Below are positions 8,812 through 19,360 of a stretch of 64,000 nt of DNA, one piece after another (position 1 is the stretch's first letter; every line of letters starts with the position of its first letter). The notes beneath the pieces were generated by a model that ran no database searches, was not told the DNA's origin, and was given only the letters and a program-made list of their open reading frames with translations. A program made the translations under genes and the position numbers. The stretch covers positions 544,001 to 608,000 of the forward strand of contig OZ245033.1 in assembly GCA_965224025.1 (NCBI GenBank), in the 5' to 3' direction. The DNA comes from Candidatus Multivorans sp. Lineage in GTDB: Bacteria > Acidobacteriota > Thermoanaerobaculia > Multivoradales > Multivoraceae.

Positions 8812-10221
8812 ATGAACACCGCAGCCCCACGCCCCGGCGGGGCGCCGCTCCCGCACGCCGAGGACTATCCGTTCCTGGGCCGGGGAAAGGCGCCACTGGA
8901 GGTGGTGGCCGCCGAGGGCTGCCACATGATCACGCCCTCGGGTCGCCGGATCCTCGACGCCGCCGGAGGCGCCATCGTCTCGAACATCGGACACGGACGG
9001 CGGGAAGTAGCGGAGGCCTACGGACGGGCCGCGGCAGCGACCGACTACATCGTGCCTCCCTTCGCGACCCCGGCGCGAGCGGAACTGGTCCACCGCATGC
9101 GGACCCGCTGGCTGCCGGGCGACATCAACCGCGTCCTGTTCGCGAGCGGCGGTTCCGAAGCGATGGATCTGGCCATCCGGTTCGCCCGCCAGCACCACCT
9201 GTCGGCCGGGCGTCCCGAGCGCTGGCGGGTGTTCGGGCGCGAGCTCTCCTACCACGGCGCCACGATGGCGACGCTGGCGGTCGGCGGACACAAGGGCCGC
9301 CGGGCCGGCTTCGAGCACTGGCTGGTCGACGAGCAGACCGACCAGCCACGGCCGCCCGCGCACTACTGCATGCGCTGTCCGATGGGGAAGACGTTTCCCT
9401 CGTGCGACATCGCCTGCGCCGACGAGGTCGAGCGGGTGTTCGAGCAGATCGGCCCGGAGGAGATCGCGGCCTTCGTCGTCGAGCCCATCGTCGGTTCAAA
9501 CGCCGGGGCGCTCGTGCCCCCCGGCGACTACCTGGAACGGGTCGCCCGGATCTGCCGGCGGCACGGCGTCCTCCTGATCGCCGACGAAGTGATGACCGGC
9601 TACGGCCGGACCGGCCGCAAGTTCGGCGTCGACCACTGGGACGTCGTCCCCGACATCCTGGTCGGCGGCAAGGGACTGACCGGCGGCTACGCGCCCCTCG
9701 TCGCGATCTGCGCCCGGGACGAGGTCACGGAGCCGATCAGGGACGCGGGCGACTCGGTCATGTTCTTCACCTACGGCGCCCACTCCCCCGCCTGCGCCGC
9801 GGCCAGCGAGGTGCTGCGCATCCTCGAGGAAGAGGAACTCGTCGAACGGGCCGCCACGGTCGGCGCGGAGCTCGGCGAGCGCCTGCGGGAGACCTTCGCC
9901 GATCATCCCCACGTCGCCGAGGTCCGCGGCCGCGGCCTGCTCTACGGCATCGAGATCGTCCAGGATCGCGAGACGCTCGAACCGTTCCCCGCCGACCTCG
10001 CGCTGGTCAACGCCGTCGTGGCGGCCGGCCTGTCGATGGACGTCTTCTTCTACCCCGGCGGCAACGACCCGGCCCGCGACGTCGTCTGCCTGGGCCCGCC
10101 GTTCATCCTCGGCGACGAGGAGATCGAGAAGATCGTCACCGTGCTGCCGAAGGCGATCGACAGCGCGATCGCCCGCAAGGGGCCTGCGCCGTCGCTCCTG
10201 GGGCCGCCGGAGCGGGACTGA
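8812..10221 (+). CDS. Class-III PLP-dependent aminotransferase
   Basis: ILDAAGG, ASGGSEAMD, SYHG, EPIVG, IADEVMTGYGRTG, GKGLTGGY, EVRGRGLL. Confidence 0.93.
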   Translation: MNTAAPRPGGAPLPHAEDYPFLGRGKAPLEVVAAEGCHMITPSGRRILDAAGGAIVSNIGHGRREVAEAYGRAAAATDYIVPPFATPARAELVHRMRTRWLPGDINRVLFASGGSEAMDLAIRFARQHHLSAGRPERWRVFGRELSYHGATMATLAVGGHKGRRAGFEHWLVDEQTDQPRPPAHYCMRCPMGKTFPSCDIACADEVERVFEQIGPEEIAAFVVEPIVGSNAGALVPPGDYLERVARICRRHGVLLIADEVMTGYGRTGRKFGVDHWDVVPDILVGGKGLTGGYAPLVAICARDEVTEPIRDAGDSVMFFTYGAHSPACAAASEVLRILEEEELVERAATVGAELGERLRETFADHPHVAEVRGRGLLYGIEIVQDRETLEPFPADLALVNAVVAAGLSMDVFFYPGGNDPARDVVCLGPPFILGDEEIEKIVTVLPKAIDSAIARKGPAPSLLGPPERD

Positions 10222-10223
10222 CC

Positions 10224-12413
10224 ATGAGCATCGAGAGCCGCTTCGATGTGCCCCTGATCGCCGAGATGGCTCTGCGCGAGAAGCAGATCCAGCAGGTCTA
10301 TCGGCCGATCATCGCCGTCCACAAGTGGTTCGCTCGCCGGCCCGGGACCCTGTTCCGTGGCCTCCTGCTATCCGAGTTCGTAGACGAACCTCTGCGCGAG
10401 TCCTTCTACCGGTCTCACGACTTGCCGGGCCTCCGCGTGGCCGACCCGTTCATGGGCGGCGGCATCCCGCTCATCGAAGCCAACCGGATCGGCTGCGACA
10501 TCGAGGGACTTGACATCAACGCAATGGCCGCGTGGATTGTCCGGGAGGAGATCGCCTCCATCGATCTCACGGCCTATCAGGAGGCCGCCAGCGCTTTGAG
10601 GAGCGTCCTCGATGCCCGCGTAGGTCACTACTACCGGACTGCCTGCCCTCTCTACGGAGACTCGGAGGTTCCGGTCAAGAACTTCCTCTGGGTGAAGACG
10701 CTGACGTGTCGAGGCTGCGACCACTCGATCGACCTGTTTCCCGGCTTCGTCCTTGCCAGGGACAGCCGTCACCCGACCAACGTTCTGATCTGTCCCGAGT
10801 GCGGCGACCTCAACGACGCCGCCGACCTAGCAAGGCCCGGCGGCTGTACGTCCTGTTCCGCGGAACTGCGTGTCGCCGGACCGGCAGGCCGTGGCCGCTG
10901 CGATTGCCCCAACTGCGGCCACTCCAACACCTATCCGGACACGCCGTCCCGTCCGCCGGCCCACCGGCTGTTCGCGATCGAGTACCACAACCCCAAGCGC
11001 CGGCCCCACCACAAGGGGCGGTTTTTAAAGAAACCTGACGCCCAGGACCTGGCGCGTGCCCGGGATGCGTCCGAGGAGTGGCGCGGACTGGCGCCGCGCT
11101 TCGTGCCGGACACCGAGGTTCCCGCCGGCGACGAGAGCGACCGGCTACGCCGCTGGGGCTACGGCCGCTACCGCGACATGTCCAATCCGCGGCAACTGCT
11201 GGGTCTGGAGTTGAGCTGCCGGCTGATTGCGGCTGCATCGGATGCTCGCATCCGGCAAGCGCTCGCAACGAACCTGTCCGACCTGCTGCGCTACCAGAAC
11301 ATGCTCTGTCGCTACGACTCCAAGAGCCTGAAGGCCTTGGACGTCTTTTCGGTCCATGGATTCCCGGTGGGACTGGTGCAGTGCGAGCCCAACCTTCTCG
11401 GGATTCCGAGATCGAACGGCGGCAACGTGGGCTCCGGGGGCTGGTCGAACATCACCAGCAAGTACCTTGAGGCGAAGCGATTCTGCGAGGCGCCCTTCGA
11501 GGTGAGACAGGTCGGGTCGCGCCGGCGTCGCGTTCCGATTCAGGGCGAACGCATCGGTGCGGAAGCCAACGGCCGCAGCCGGGCCGTGCAGCTACGCCGC
11601 GCGGACGCCACCTCCACTGACTTCGAGCCGGGCACTCTGGATGCGGTGCTGACGGACCCACCCTACTTCGGCAACGTGCAGTACGCGGAGCTCATGGACT
11701 ACTGCTTCGCCTGGCTGCAACGCCTTGCCACCACTGACGACGAGGGCTTCAACCGCGCCTCCACACGCTCGAGCCGAGAGTTGACGGGCAATGCGACCGA
11801 GGCCAGGGGGCTGTCCCATTTCGCGGAAGGTCTGTCTGCCGCCTGGACTCGCGTAGCCGACGCGCTGAAGCCAGGCGCACCTCTGGCTTTCACGTTCCAT
11901 CACAATCGAGTCAAGGCCTACAGTGCCGTAGGCGTCGCGATCCTCGACCCCGGCTTCGTCTGCACCGCAGCGCTTCCCTGCCCAGCGGAGATGAGCGGCT
12001 CGATACACATTCACGGCACGACCTCATCCATCGTAGACACCGTGTTTGTTTGCAGACCCCCGGGGACGGCACTCTCACATGAGTCCCCCAACTCTGAGGA
12101 AGACCTCTCGACGCTCATCGCCAAGGAGCGGTCCCAGTTGCGAGCGGCCGGCTGGAAGGCCACCTACGGTGACATCCGATGCATGCTCCTCGGCCACCTG
12201 ACTCGCCTCGCCGTCAATGAACTGCACGCCCAGTGGAACAGGTCCCTGCCGACGGAACGTCGGCTCGGACTGGTCGAAGAAGTACTGAGGCGGTTCGGAA
12301 ACCCGGACGACCTTGCCCGACGCCTCGCGGAAGCGCCGTTGCCGGAACAGCCCGCGACCCGGTCTCCCAGCGAGGCTGCCCCTGAGGTAGAGCAAGTTGC
12401 CATTCCCTTTTGA
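10224..12413 (+). CDS. DUF1156-like amino (N6A/N4C) DNA methyltransferase with Zn ribbons
   Basis: HKWFARRPGTLFR, SAM motif DPFMGGG, catalytic TDPPYF, several CxxC pairs; ATG 10224 (the upstream part of the 1003-aa ORF is shadow). Confidence 0.88.
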   Translation: MSIESRFDVPLIAEMALREKQIQQVYRPIIAVHKWFARRPGTLFRGLLLSEFVDEPLRESFYRSHDLPGLRVADPFMGGGIPLIEANRIGCDIEGLDINAMAAWIVREEIASIDLTAYQEAASALRSVLDARVGHYYRTACPLYGDSEVPVKNFLWVKTLTCRGCDHSIDLFPGFVLARDSRHPTNVLICPECGDLNDAADLARPGGCTSCSAELRVAGPAGRGRCDCPNCGHSNTYPDTPSRPPAHRLFAIEYHNPKRRPHHKGRFLKKPDAQDLARARDASEEWRGLAPRFVPDTEVPAGDESDRLRRWGYGRYRDMSNPRQLLGLELSCRLIAAASDARIRQALATNLSDLLRYQNMLCRYDSKSLKALDVFSVHGFPVGLVQCEPNLLGIPRSNGGNVGSGGWSNITSKYLEAKRFCEAPFEVRQVGSRRRRVPIQGERIGAEANGRSRAVQLRRADATSTDFEPGTLDAVLTDPPYFGNVQYAELMDYCFAWLQRLATTDDEGFNRASTRSSRELTGNATEARGLSHFAEGLSAAWTRVADALKPGAPLAFTFHHNRVKAYSAVGVAILDPGFVCTAALPCPAEMSGSIHIHGTTSSIVDTVFVCRPPGTALSHESPNSEEDLSTLIAKERSQLRAAGWKATYGDIRCMLLGHLTRLAVNELHAQWNRSLPTERRLGLVEEVLRRFGNPDDLARRLAEAPLPEQPATRSPSEAAPEVEQVAIPF

Positions 12414-13437
12414 GGTCCCCTTCGACGAGGTCGCGACGGACCTCGATCGCTTCGTCGACGCCGTGTTCGGGGCTCTCGAATCCGAGTTTCTCGTCATGCC
12501 GCGAGGCGACGGCTTCGTCGACTTCCCGACGTTCGAGGCTGGCTACGAGCGGCTCAAGCGCGAAACGTCCGGCTTTCGCGATGTGACGCCGGAACACGTA
12601 GCGGAGGCCGTCCTCGACGAACCGATCTCTCTGATCGTTCTTCGCTGCATGCTGGGCTTCACTCCGCCCGAATGGGCCTACCTCGCCACCCGGTACACCG
12701 GCATCGACGTACCCCAAGGCGCCGCGCGAACACTGGATCGCGGAATCCGTACCGATCCGGAACGTCCGCTTCCACGCAATGGCGGCCTCACGGAACAGAG
12801 AGTGAGAGCGCTGGTCATGGTCGCCTGCGAACACCTCGCCAGAGGCGCTCCAACCGTGTCCGCTGACCGACTTCATCGGCTCGACAAGGCCGACACGGCG
12901 GACGGGCTACCAAGCCTTCGAACGATCGCGACGCTCGGCGCCCCCTACTCCGTACTCCTGTACGAGCGGTTTCTGGGCCGCCCATTCGCCGGACACCGAG
13001 ACTCCGTCAGCGAGATCGTCGGCAACCTCGTCGAGAACGCCATCGAGCATGAACTGGAGCGGGCAGAGATCAGCTTCCGGAAGACGAAGCGGGCCGAGAG
13101 AATCCCCGGCTTCGACCAGGCACCGGACTTCATCGTGCCCAGCGAACTCAATCCCCAGGTCGTCATCGAGGCCAAGCTCAGCGAGGATGATGGAACTGCA
13201 CGAGACAAGATCACCAGGGTCCAGCACCTGAGCGAACTGAGTCTGCGAAGCCGACCCGCCGACCGCCCACGGTTCGAGGTCGTCGCTTGTATCGCTGGCC
13301 GCGGTTTCGGCATTCGCCGAGAGGACATGAAGAAACTCATCATCGCTGCCCGGGGGAGGGTGTTCACGCTGCAGAACATCTCGGAGCTGGTCAAGCACAC
13401 GCGACTCAAGGAGTTCCGCTCCCAGCCCCGACGTTGA
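12397..13437 (+). CDS. PD-(D/E)XK restriction endonuclease, probable partner of the methyltransferase
   Basis: APDFIVP...VVIEAKLSEDDGTARDK; overlaps the MTase stop. Confidence 0.75.
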   Translation: MPFPFEVPFDEVATDLDRFVDAVFGALESEFLVMPRGDGFVDFPTFEAGYERLKRETSGFRDVTPEHVAEAVLDEPISLIVLRCMLGFTPPEWAYLATRYTGIDVPQGAARTLDRGIRTDPERPLPRNGGLTEQRVRALVMVACEHLARGAPTVSADRLHRLDKADTADGLPSLRTIATLGAPYSVLLYERFLGRPFAGHRDSVSEIVGNLVENAIEHELERAEISFRKTKRAERIPGFDQAPDFIVPSELNPQVVIEAKLSEDDGTARDKITRVQHLSELSLRSRPADRPRFEVVACIAGRGFGIRREDMKKLIIAARGRVFTLQNISELVKHTRLKEFRSQPRR

Positions 13438-14082
13438 TTTCAACGACGAATGGTCTGCTCAGGCACTGTCGCAAACTCGGCCACTGAAGCTCCTTGGCAC
13501 GTTCAGCCCTACTAGCCTAGGACCCGATGGCGCCTCGGCGACACGACCGACACAGCGGCCCCGCACCGGCCGCGCCACCAGGACTGGTCTGAATGGCGGA
13601 ACGCGGCCGCATCGAAACGACGAAGACCGGGAACGGCAACGGCGCACAGACCATCCTCGTTGCGCCGACCCAGAAACTGGTGAACGAGATCGTCGAACCC
13701 ATGCTGAAGCGGCTGGCGTCCCAGGCCGACCCGAGAGTGGTCGCCCTGCTCAGACAACCCCTTGGCAGAATCCTGTCCGACCTCGACAGCTCCGACAGGC
13801 ACGTCGCGGGGCTTGCACTGGAAGCTCTGGCATTCAAGCTCATGCGCCTGCTCGACATGGACTACATCGCCACCCGCCTGCGCGCCGCACAGACTGGCGG
13901 CGCCGAAGTGTGGATCTGGTCTTCCAGAGCACGCGCCTCGTCTTCACTCGCTGGCAGATCCAGTGCAAGAACGCCGCTCGGATGTCGATCGACGATGTGG
14001 CCAGGGAAGTCGGCCTGACGCACCTCCTGAAGAGCAACGCCGTCGTCGTCGTGACGACAGGGACAGTGGAAGCTGAAGCGCG

Positions 14083-15634
14083 AGTCTTGTCCAATCCTGA
14101 AGTGAGCCTGAGCGGGTCGGCCCAGTGAAGGCAAAGCCGGTCGGTTCCGGTCTGGTTTCTGGAGCGGCAGACGGAGCGTCAGCGGAGTCTGCCGCCTAAG
14201 GTTACGCCCGTGTGTTGGGCAGTTGTCGCCGATTGCGAGGCCGGCGCTGGTGTTGTTGTCCATGGTAGGCCTTCAGGCGCTGCGGCGGCTGGAGGGGTTG
14301 GTTTCCCGCAGGATGAGTTCGAAGAGTCTGGCACGCGCTTTCTTGAGGGCGGTCGCGGCGTCGAGGTCACTCGTGGCGTCGGCCTTCCGTTCGAGGTCGG
14401 CGATGGTGACGCCGGGCTTCAGGTGCTCCTGGACGTTGGGGAGTGACTTGAGCCGGTCAAGCGGTGTCATCACATCTTCGTAGCGGTAGCGCTTCCTGGT
14501 CTTGCCCTTTCTGTCGGTGACTTCGCTGGCAAACAGGCACGGTCGGTGGAAGTTGAGGTAGGGGGTGAGCACGTCGCGTGAGAAGGCGTTGACCTCGCGG
14601 GCAAAGGTCCTCGGGATGTGGCCGTAGCCGAACTGGCGGCGGATCACGTTGCCGTTCTTGCTCTCGACCAGGGCGTTGTCGTTGCTGCGCCGGGGGCGGG
14701 ACTTGGTGAACTCGGCGACGTGCAGTTCGTTCAGCATCTTGGCGACCCGGTGGTTGACGTACTCGGAGCCGTTGTCGGCGTGGAAGCCCAGGACCTTGAA
14801 GGGGCAGGACTCGATGAGTTGCTCGAGCACCGGCACAAGACAGCGCTCCGAAATGGCCCGCACCGTCGCCACGTGCTCCCACTGCGTCACCTCGTCCACG
14901 AGATTGACGTGGTACACGCCCTTCTCGCCGTCCCGCTCCCCCTGATGCACCGTGTCGACGCGCAGGAAGCCCGGTCGGCCCTCCGGCCGGGGCTTGCGGC
15001 GGTCGCCGATCGACACCGTCGTCGCGCGCGTCTTCCGGACCGTCGTGCGCCGGCGCCGGTAGGCGTCGTCCTTGCGCAGGTTGTAGAAGTGGCCGTGCGA
15101 GATGTAGGCCAGACGCGCGAAGCGCTCATCGCCGTACTTCTCGTACTGGCGGCGCATCACCGCCCGGGTGCTGTGGCCACACGCTTGATCAAGGGTCTCG
15201 TCAACCTCGGCCAGAACGCCGATGTCGGCCTTCGTGCAGCGGCGCTCGAAGGCGTGCCGCGGCGGACCCCGACGATCGACGATACGGCCCGTCTCCCGGT
15301 ACTGTCGAATCAGGCGGGCAATCTGGGCTCTTGAGAACCCGGTCGCCTTGGCCAGGTACGACCTGACTGTGCCCTTGTCCGCCCTGCCGAGCGACAGATA
15401 GCGGAACTGGACCAGCGACCGGCGGCAGAACTGGTACGCCGACCGCCGGTCCGTATGCCGGAAGATCGCGTCCCCTCCCGAGGACACGAACTCCCGAACC
15501 TGCTCGATGCTTTGAAGACGCTGGGTCTGGAACGACACGATCATCCTCCGATCGTTTCCCATCCCCGACCTTCAGGCTCACTTCTCGTTGGATCCGCACT
15601 CCCCCTTCAGGCTCACTTCTCATTGGACAGCGCT
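14083..15634 (-). mobile_element. IS element (IS481/ISNCY-like DDE integrase) with 5-bp target duplication GCGCG
   Basis: Terminal IRs AG..TGTCCAAT..AAGTGAGCCTGA / TCAGGCTCACTT..ATTGGACA..CT; GCGCG at 14078-14082 and 15635-15639; second internal IR copy at 15571-15593. Confidence 0.85.
14273..15562 (-). CDS. DDE transposase/integrase (rve fold)
   Basis: GFLRVDTVHQG, VDEVTQW, FHADNGSEY, NDNALVESKN. Confidence 0.92.
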   Translation of the reverse strand: MGNDRRMIVSFQTQRLQSIEQVREFVSSGGDAIFRHTDRRSAYQFCRRSLVQFRYLSLGRADKGTVRSYLAKATGFSRAQIARLIRQYRETGRIVDRRGPPRHAFERRCTKADIGVLAEVDETLDQACGHSTRAVMRRQYEKYGDERFARLAYISHGHFYNLRKDDAYRRRRTTVRKTRATTVSIGDRRKPRPEGRPGFLRVDTVHQGERDGEKGVYHVNLVDEVTQWEHVATVRAISERCLVPVLEQLIESCPFKVLGFHADNGSEYVNHRVAKMLNELHVAEFTKSRPRRSNDNALVESKNGNVIRRQFGYGHIPRTFAREVNAFSRDVLTPYLNFHRPCLFASEVTDRKGKTRKRYRYEDVMTPLDRLKSLPNVQEHLKPGVTIADLERKADATSDLDAATALKKARARLFELILRETNPSSRRSA

Positions 15635-15870
15635 GCGCGTCGCTACGCCAACGAGGTCATGGTAAACTCCAGCTTGGCCATCGTCCTGATCGACGGCGCG
15701 GATCTGAAGACCATCGCCGATAGCCCGACCTGCATCGCCCGTATCTTCGAACGCGAAACGCGCCATGCGATGGAGCTCAAGAAGCTGGAGATCGAAGGAA
15801 CGTGACCGGACAGGGACTTTCGCGGCATGCTTCTGGTCAGGGGGACGCATCGTCGGTTCCTGGTCGTGGC

Positions 15871-18333
15871 ATGAAGCTCTGTAGGAAGGGCGCTCTGGCG
15901 TTGCTCCTGCTAGCGGCTGCGCCCGTATCGCAAGGAATAGCCAAGCCCCTGCAACAACAGTCGCCGGCACCGCTGGCCGATGCGTGCAACGGATGGCTCT
16001 TTCTCGACTCTGATTTCCTCACCTTTGAGCAGGGGGAACAGTTCTGGAAGGAGGCTACTGCGGAGACGATCCGTGCCTGTCTTGGCGCTGACTTGATGGC
16101 GCGGGACGAGGACGGCAGAACCGCTCTTCATCATCTTTCCCGGCATGGCAATGTCGAGGCGGTGAAGGAGCTGCTGGCAGCGGGTGCCGACCCGAACGCT
16201 CCTGGTAGTACCTTCTGTCTCGCGCCGCTGCACCTTGTGAAGACCCCGGCCTTGGTGGAGGTGCTGGTCGCCGCCGGCGCCGACCCAAATGGGCGGACGA
16301 CATGCGGTACCTGGATGCGTAGCGCCACGCCCCTGCACCGGGCAGCCGGACGCGGCGACCCGGAGACAGTCAAGGCGTTGATCGCAGCCGGAGCCGACCC
16401 CAATGCCGTGAGAAGCGATGGCAACACACCCCTGCACGAGGCAGCCGAAAGCGGCAACTCGGAGGCAGTCAAGACGTTGATTGCCGCGGGCGCAGACCCC
16501 AAGGCCGTCAGCAGCGACGGCAACACACCCCTGCACAGCGCAACCGCTCGTTGGGTCGAAGGCGATGTCTCGGAGGCAGTGAAGGCGCTGATCGCAGCCG
16601 GCGTCGATGTGAACGCGGTGAACGACGATGGCCACACAGCGCTGCTATCGAGACGCTTTGCCCGTGATGACGAGTCCGCCAAGCTGTTGATTGCAGCCGG
16701 CGCGGACCCGAGGTCGCGACCCGCAGACTGGACAGAGCTGCACCGCGTGGCCGCATGGGGCAACTCGGCATTGGCAAAGGCGCTCGTCGCCGCGGGCGCT
16801 GACATGTCAGTTCGGGACGAGATTGGTCGCTCGGCCCTCCACATCGCAGCAGGATACGGAAACATCGATACCCTGAAGGAGCTTGTTGCCCTCGGTGCAG
16901 ATCCGAATGCACGGACCAACGCCGAGCTTACGCCCCTTCACTACACCGAAGATCCAGAGTCAGCGCAAGCACTGATCACGGCTGGCGCGGTCCCGAATGC
17001 ACGGGACCGGCACGGCCAGACGCCCCTGCACGACCTGCTCGGCCTCCCGTGGTACAAGACCAAGGACGCGGTCTCCGATTATCCGGCGTTGGTGAAGGTG
17101 CTACTCGACGCCGGAGCGAATCCGAATGTACGCGACTCTTTGAGTCCTTCTACGCCTCTTCATGAGGCTGCCGAGTCGGAACACTCTGAACTGGTGGAGG
17201 TAGTGAGAATGCTGCTTGCCGCTGGCGCGGACCTGAACGAGCGAAGCGGTCTCGGCTACACCCCTCTTGATCTTGCTGCCCACTCCGGTCATCCGGAGTC
17301 GACGCGCGCACTCATCGCCGCGGGTGCAGACCCTGAGGCGCGCAACGACGGCGGCCGGACGCCCCTTCACCGGGCTGCGGCAGGCGGTAACACGGAGTCG
17401 ATCCGAGTGCTGATCGACGCTGGTGCCGCCGTAGATGCCCGGACCACGTGGGGTGTCACGCCTCTCCATAGAGCTGCTCGAATCTGGGGCTCGGGTGACT
17501 ATTTGGGCTCGGTTCAGGTGCTGATCGCCGCCGGTGCCGACCCGAATGCGCGCGACGGGTACGAAGGCAGCACGCCTCTCCATGTTGCCGCCGGTGGAGC
17601 TCACTGGGAGAACGCAGAGATAGTCCACGCCCTGATCGCTGCCGGCACCGACCCGAATACGCGGGACGGCTCGGGGAACACTCCCCTGCATGCGGCTGTC
17701 GGACGGAACAACGAGGCAACGGTAGCGACACTCATGGCAGGGGGCGCCGATCCGAACGCTCGGAACGAGGCCGGAGAAAGCCCCCTGATTGCCGCTGTTC
17801 GCCAGGACAAGGGGCGGGCGGCATACGCTCTTTTAGGCGCTGGCGCGACCCCGAACGCGACGGACTCATCGGGTAACGGGCCGCTCCACCTTGCCTCGGC
17901 GCTGCGCGGCGTCGAGTGGGTCCGTTTGCTGGTCGCTGCTGGCGCCGACCCGGACTCACCCGTAGCGGGCGGCACCACGCCCTTGCACCTCGCTGCCTGG
18001 GCTGGCAAGGCGGAGTCGGTCGCGACCCTGCTTGCCGCTGGCGCTGATCCCAACTCCCGAACCGACAACGACGATACGCCCTTGCATGCCTGGGCGAGAT
18101 CCGACCTCTTCCATGAAGCCCCGAGCCTCGGAACAGGCTCCGTCCCAGGATTGCTGCTGAATGCCGGCGCGGATGCTCGAGCGAAGACCACGAGCGGAAA
18201 AACCCCGTGGGACATCCTGCAGCAAAGCCCTCATCTGGACCGCGTCGAAGGGTCGGACGCCTACTGGCTTCTCAACGACGCACGCTTCAGGGCACCGGCT
18301 GGTGGCGAGGTCGAAGAGTCGGATCAGCCATAG
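15871..18333 (+). CDS. Secreted ankyrin-repeat protein (~20 repeats)
   Basis: Signal peptide MKLCRKGALALLLLAAAPVSQG; ~21 TPLH-like/AGADPNA repeats. Confidence 0.93.
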   Translation: MKLCRKGALALLLLAAAPVSQGIAKPLQQQSPAPLADACNGWLFLDSDFLTFEQGEQFWKEATAETIRACLGADLMARDEDGRTALHHLSRHGNVEAVKELLAAGADPNAPGSTFCLAPLHLVKTPALVEVLVAAGADPNGRTTCGTWMRSATPLHRAAGRGDPETVKALIAAGADPNAVRSDGNTPLHEAAESGNSEAVKTLIAAGADPKAVSSDGNTPLHSATARWVEGDVSEAVKALIAAGVDVNAVNDDGHTALLSRRFARDDESAKLLIAAGADPRSRPADWTELHRVAAWGNSALAKALVAAGADMSVRDEIGRSALHIAAGYGNIDTLKELVALGADPNARTNAELTPLHYTEDPESAQALITAGAVPNARDRHGQTPLHDLLGLPWYKTKDAVSDYPALVKVLLDAGANPNVRDSLSPSTPLHEAAESEHSELVEVVRMLLAAGADLNERSGLGYTPLDLAAHSGHPESTRALIAAGADPEARNDGGRTPLHRAAAGGNTESIRVLIDAGAAVDARTTWGVTPLHRAARIWGSGDYLGSVQVLIAAGADPNARDGYEGSTPLHVAAGGAHWENAEIVHALIAAGTDPNTRDGSGNTPLHAAVGRNNEATVATLMAGGADPNARNEAGESPLIAAVRQDKGRAAYALLGAGATPNATDSSGNGPLHLASALRGVEWVRLLVAAGADPDSPVAGGTTPLHLAAWAGKAESVATLLAAGADPNSRTDNDDTPLHAWARSDLFHEAPSLGTGSVPGLLLNAGADARAKTTSGKTPWDILQQSPHLDRVEGSDAYWLLNDARFRAPAGGEVEESDQP

Positions 18334-18462
18334 ACCTGGCGGACCGGGCCAGGGCCTCTGGGGATGCAATCAACGAAGAATCTCGCTCGAGAAGGCGGTC
18401 CTGGCTCGCCGGAGCGCGGGATGTTGTGTAAGTCAGATCCTTCCATCAGGAAAGGGGATTCA

Positions 18463-18708
18463 ATGAGAGCAAGAGAGCTGGCGAAGGAGCTCCACCGTAT
18501 GTACGAGGCCGGTCGTGGAAGGGACCTAATGGTAACCATGATTCACTTGTTCGGAATCAAGTATGCCGACGAGATCGAGGTATGTGGCGCTACACCAGCC
18601 GAGCTGTGCCGTATGGCCGGGCTGCGGGAGTCCTACAACGCTGAAGTGTCGAAGGGACGCCGCCTTGCCGGCTTCGTGGAGCTCAAGCCTCGGGCGGCAC
18701 GACTGTGA
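18463..18708 (+). CDS. Small HTH-like protein
   Basis: IHLFGIKYADEI...SYNAEVSKGRRLA; strong RBS AGGAAAGGGG. Confidence 0.7.
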   Translation: MRARELAKELHRMYEAGRGRDLMVTMIHLFGIKYADEIEVCGATPAELCRMAGLRESYNAEVSKGRRLAGFVELKPRAARL

Positions 18709-18835
18709 TCGTGAACATTGACATGACTGAGCGCCAGGCTTGAGTAGCTCTCGCCGATTTCAAGCGCGATCCGTTCATCCTCACCGGGCTTCAACGAGCG
18801 TGGACGGTACCAGGCCGTGGGAGTCGCTCGCGAAG

Positions 18836-19360
18836 TCATGACAAAGCTGCGTCCGTCACCCGGCTGACTCGATAGCCCGCAGGCAAACTCCTGTTCCAGG
18901 AGTTCGCGTTGAAGACGTTGCAAGCCGCCACCGGGAAACGCAACCAATCTGTGCTCGTAGGCACGTCAACCGGCAATTTCCTCCGCAACGCGTCTGCTCG
19001 CGACAGCAAATCGGCCTCAGTCAGTTGCTCCAAGCCGACGAGAACCCAATAGTGAATCGGCTTCTTCACTCTGCCAAGGGCCCACTGGTACGGGAAGGAG
19101 TCCCTGTACTTCTGGACCAAGTCTTGATCTAGCTCGTCCGATCTGAAGCGCGCCGCCCACCTCTGCCGTTCTCTCGAAGCTGCACGCGGATCGTCCGGGT
19201 CCTTCACTTCGAGGAACAGCGTCCGGTCCTCGCACTCAACAACAAAGTCCACCGCCTTCATGCAGTGACTCAGCCAGTGAGACGCCGGGTCGTCGAACTT
19301 CGGGACCTTGGCAGAGCTCGGCAACGCGATGCGGAGGTCGCCCTCCTGCAGCCGTATCAC
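18836..19360 (-). CDS. Hypothetical PD-(D/E)XK-like protein, partner of the AAA ATPase
   Basis: MKAVDFVVE...LFLEVKDPD; GTG 19360 with AAGGA upstream. Confidence 0.65.
   Translation of the reverse strand: MIRLQEGDLRIALPSSAKVPKFDDPASHWLSHCMKAVDFVVECEDRTLFLEVKDPDDPRAASRERQRWAARFRSDELDQDLVQKYRDSFPYQWALGRVKKPIHYWVLVGLEQLTEADLLSRADALRRKLPVDVPTSTDWLRFPVAACNVFNANSWNRSLPAGYRVSRVTDAALS

Larger units (their letters stand above)
13593..15805 (+). pseudogene. Mrr-cat-type restriction endonuclease remnant (N-truncated, frameshifted at ~13909, IS-interrupted)
   Basis: GGAEV-DLVF...RWQIQCKN...VVTTG; removing the IS and one GCGCG copy restores EARRYANEV...VLIDGADL. Confidence 0.75.

Noticed and set aside
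9402-10223. N-terminal 274 aa of the 1003-aa ORF
   Set aside because: Arg/Pro-rich shadow frame over the aminotransferase; the MTase starts at ATG 10224
16300-18100. Regular ~99-bp periodic repeats as a CRISPR array
   Set aside because: They are ankyrin coding repeats; no identical repeats with unique spacers and no cas genes anywhere in the window
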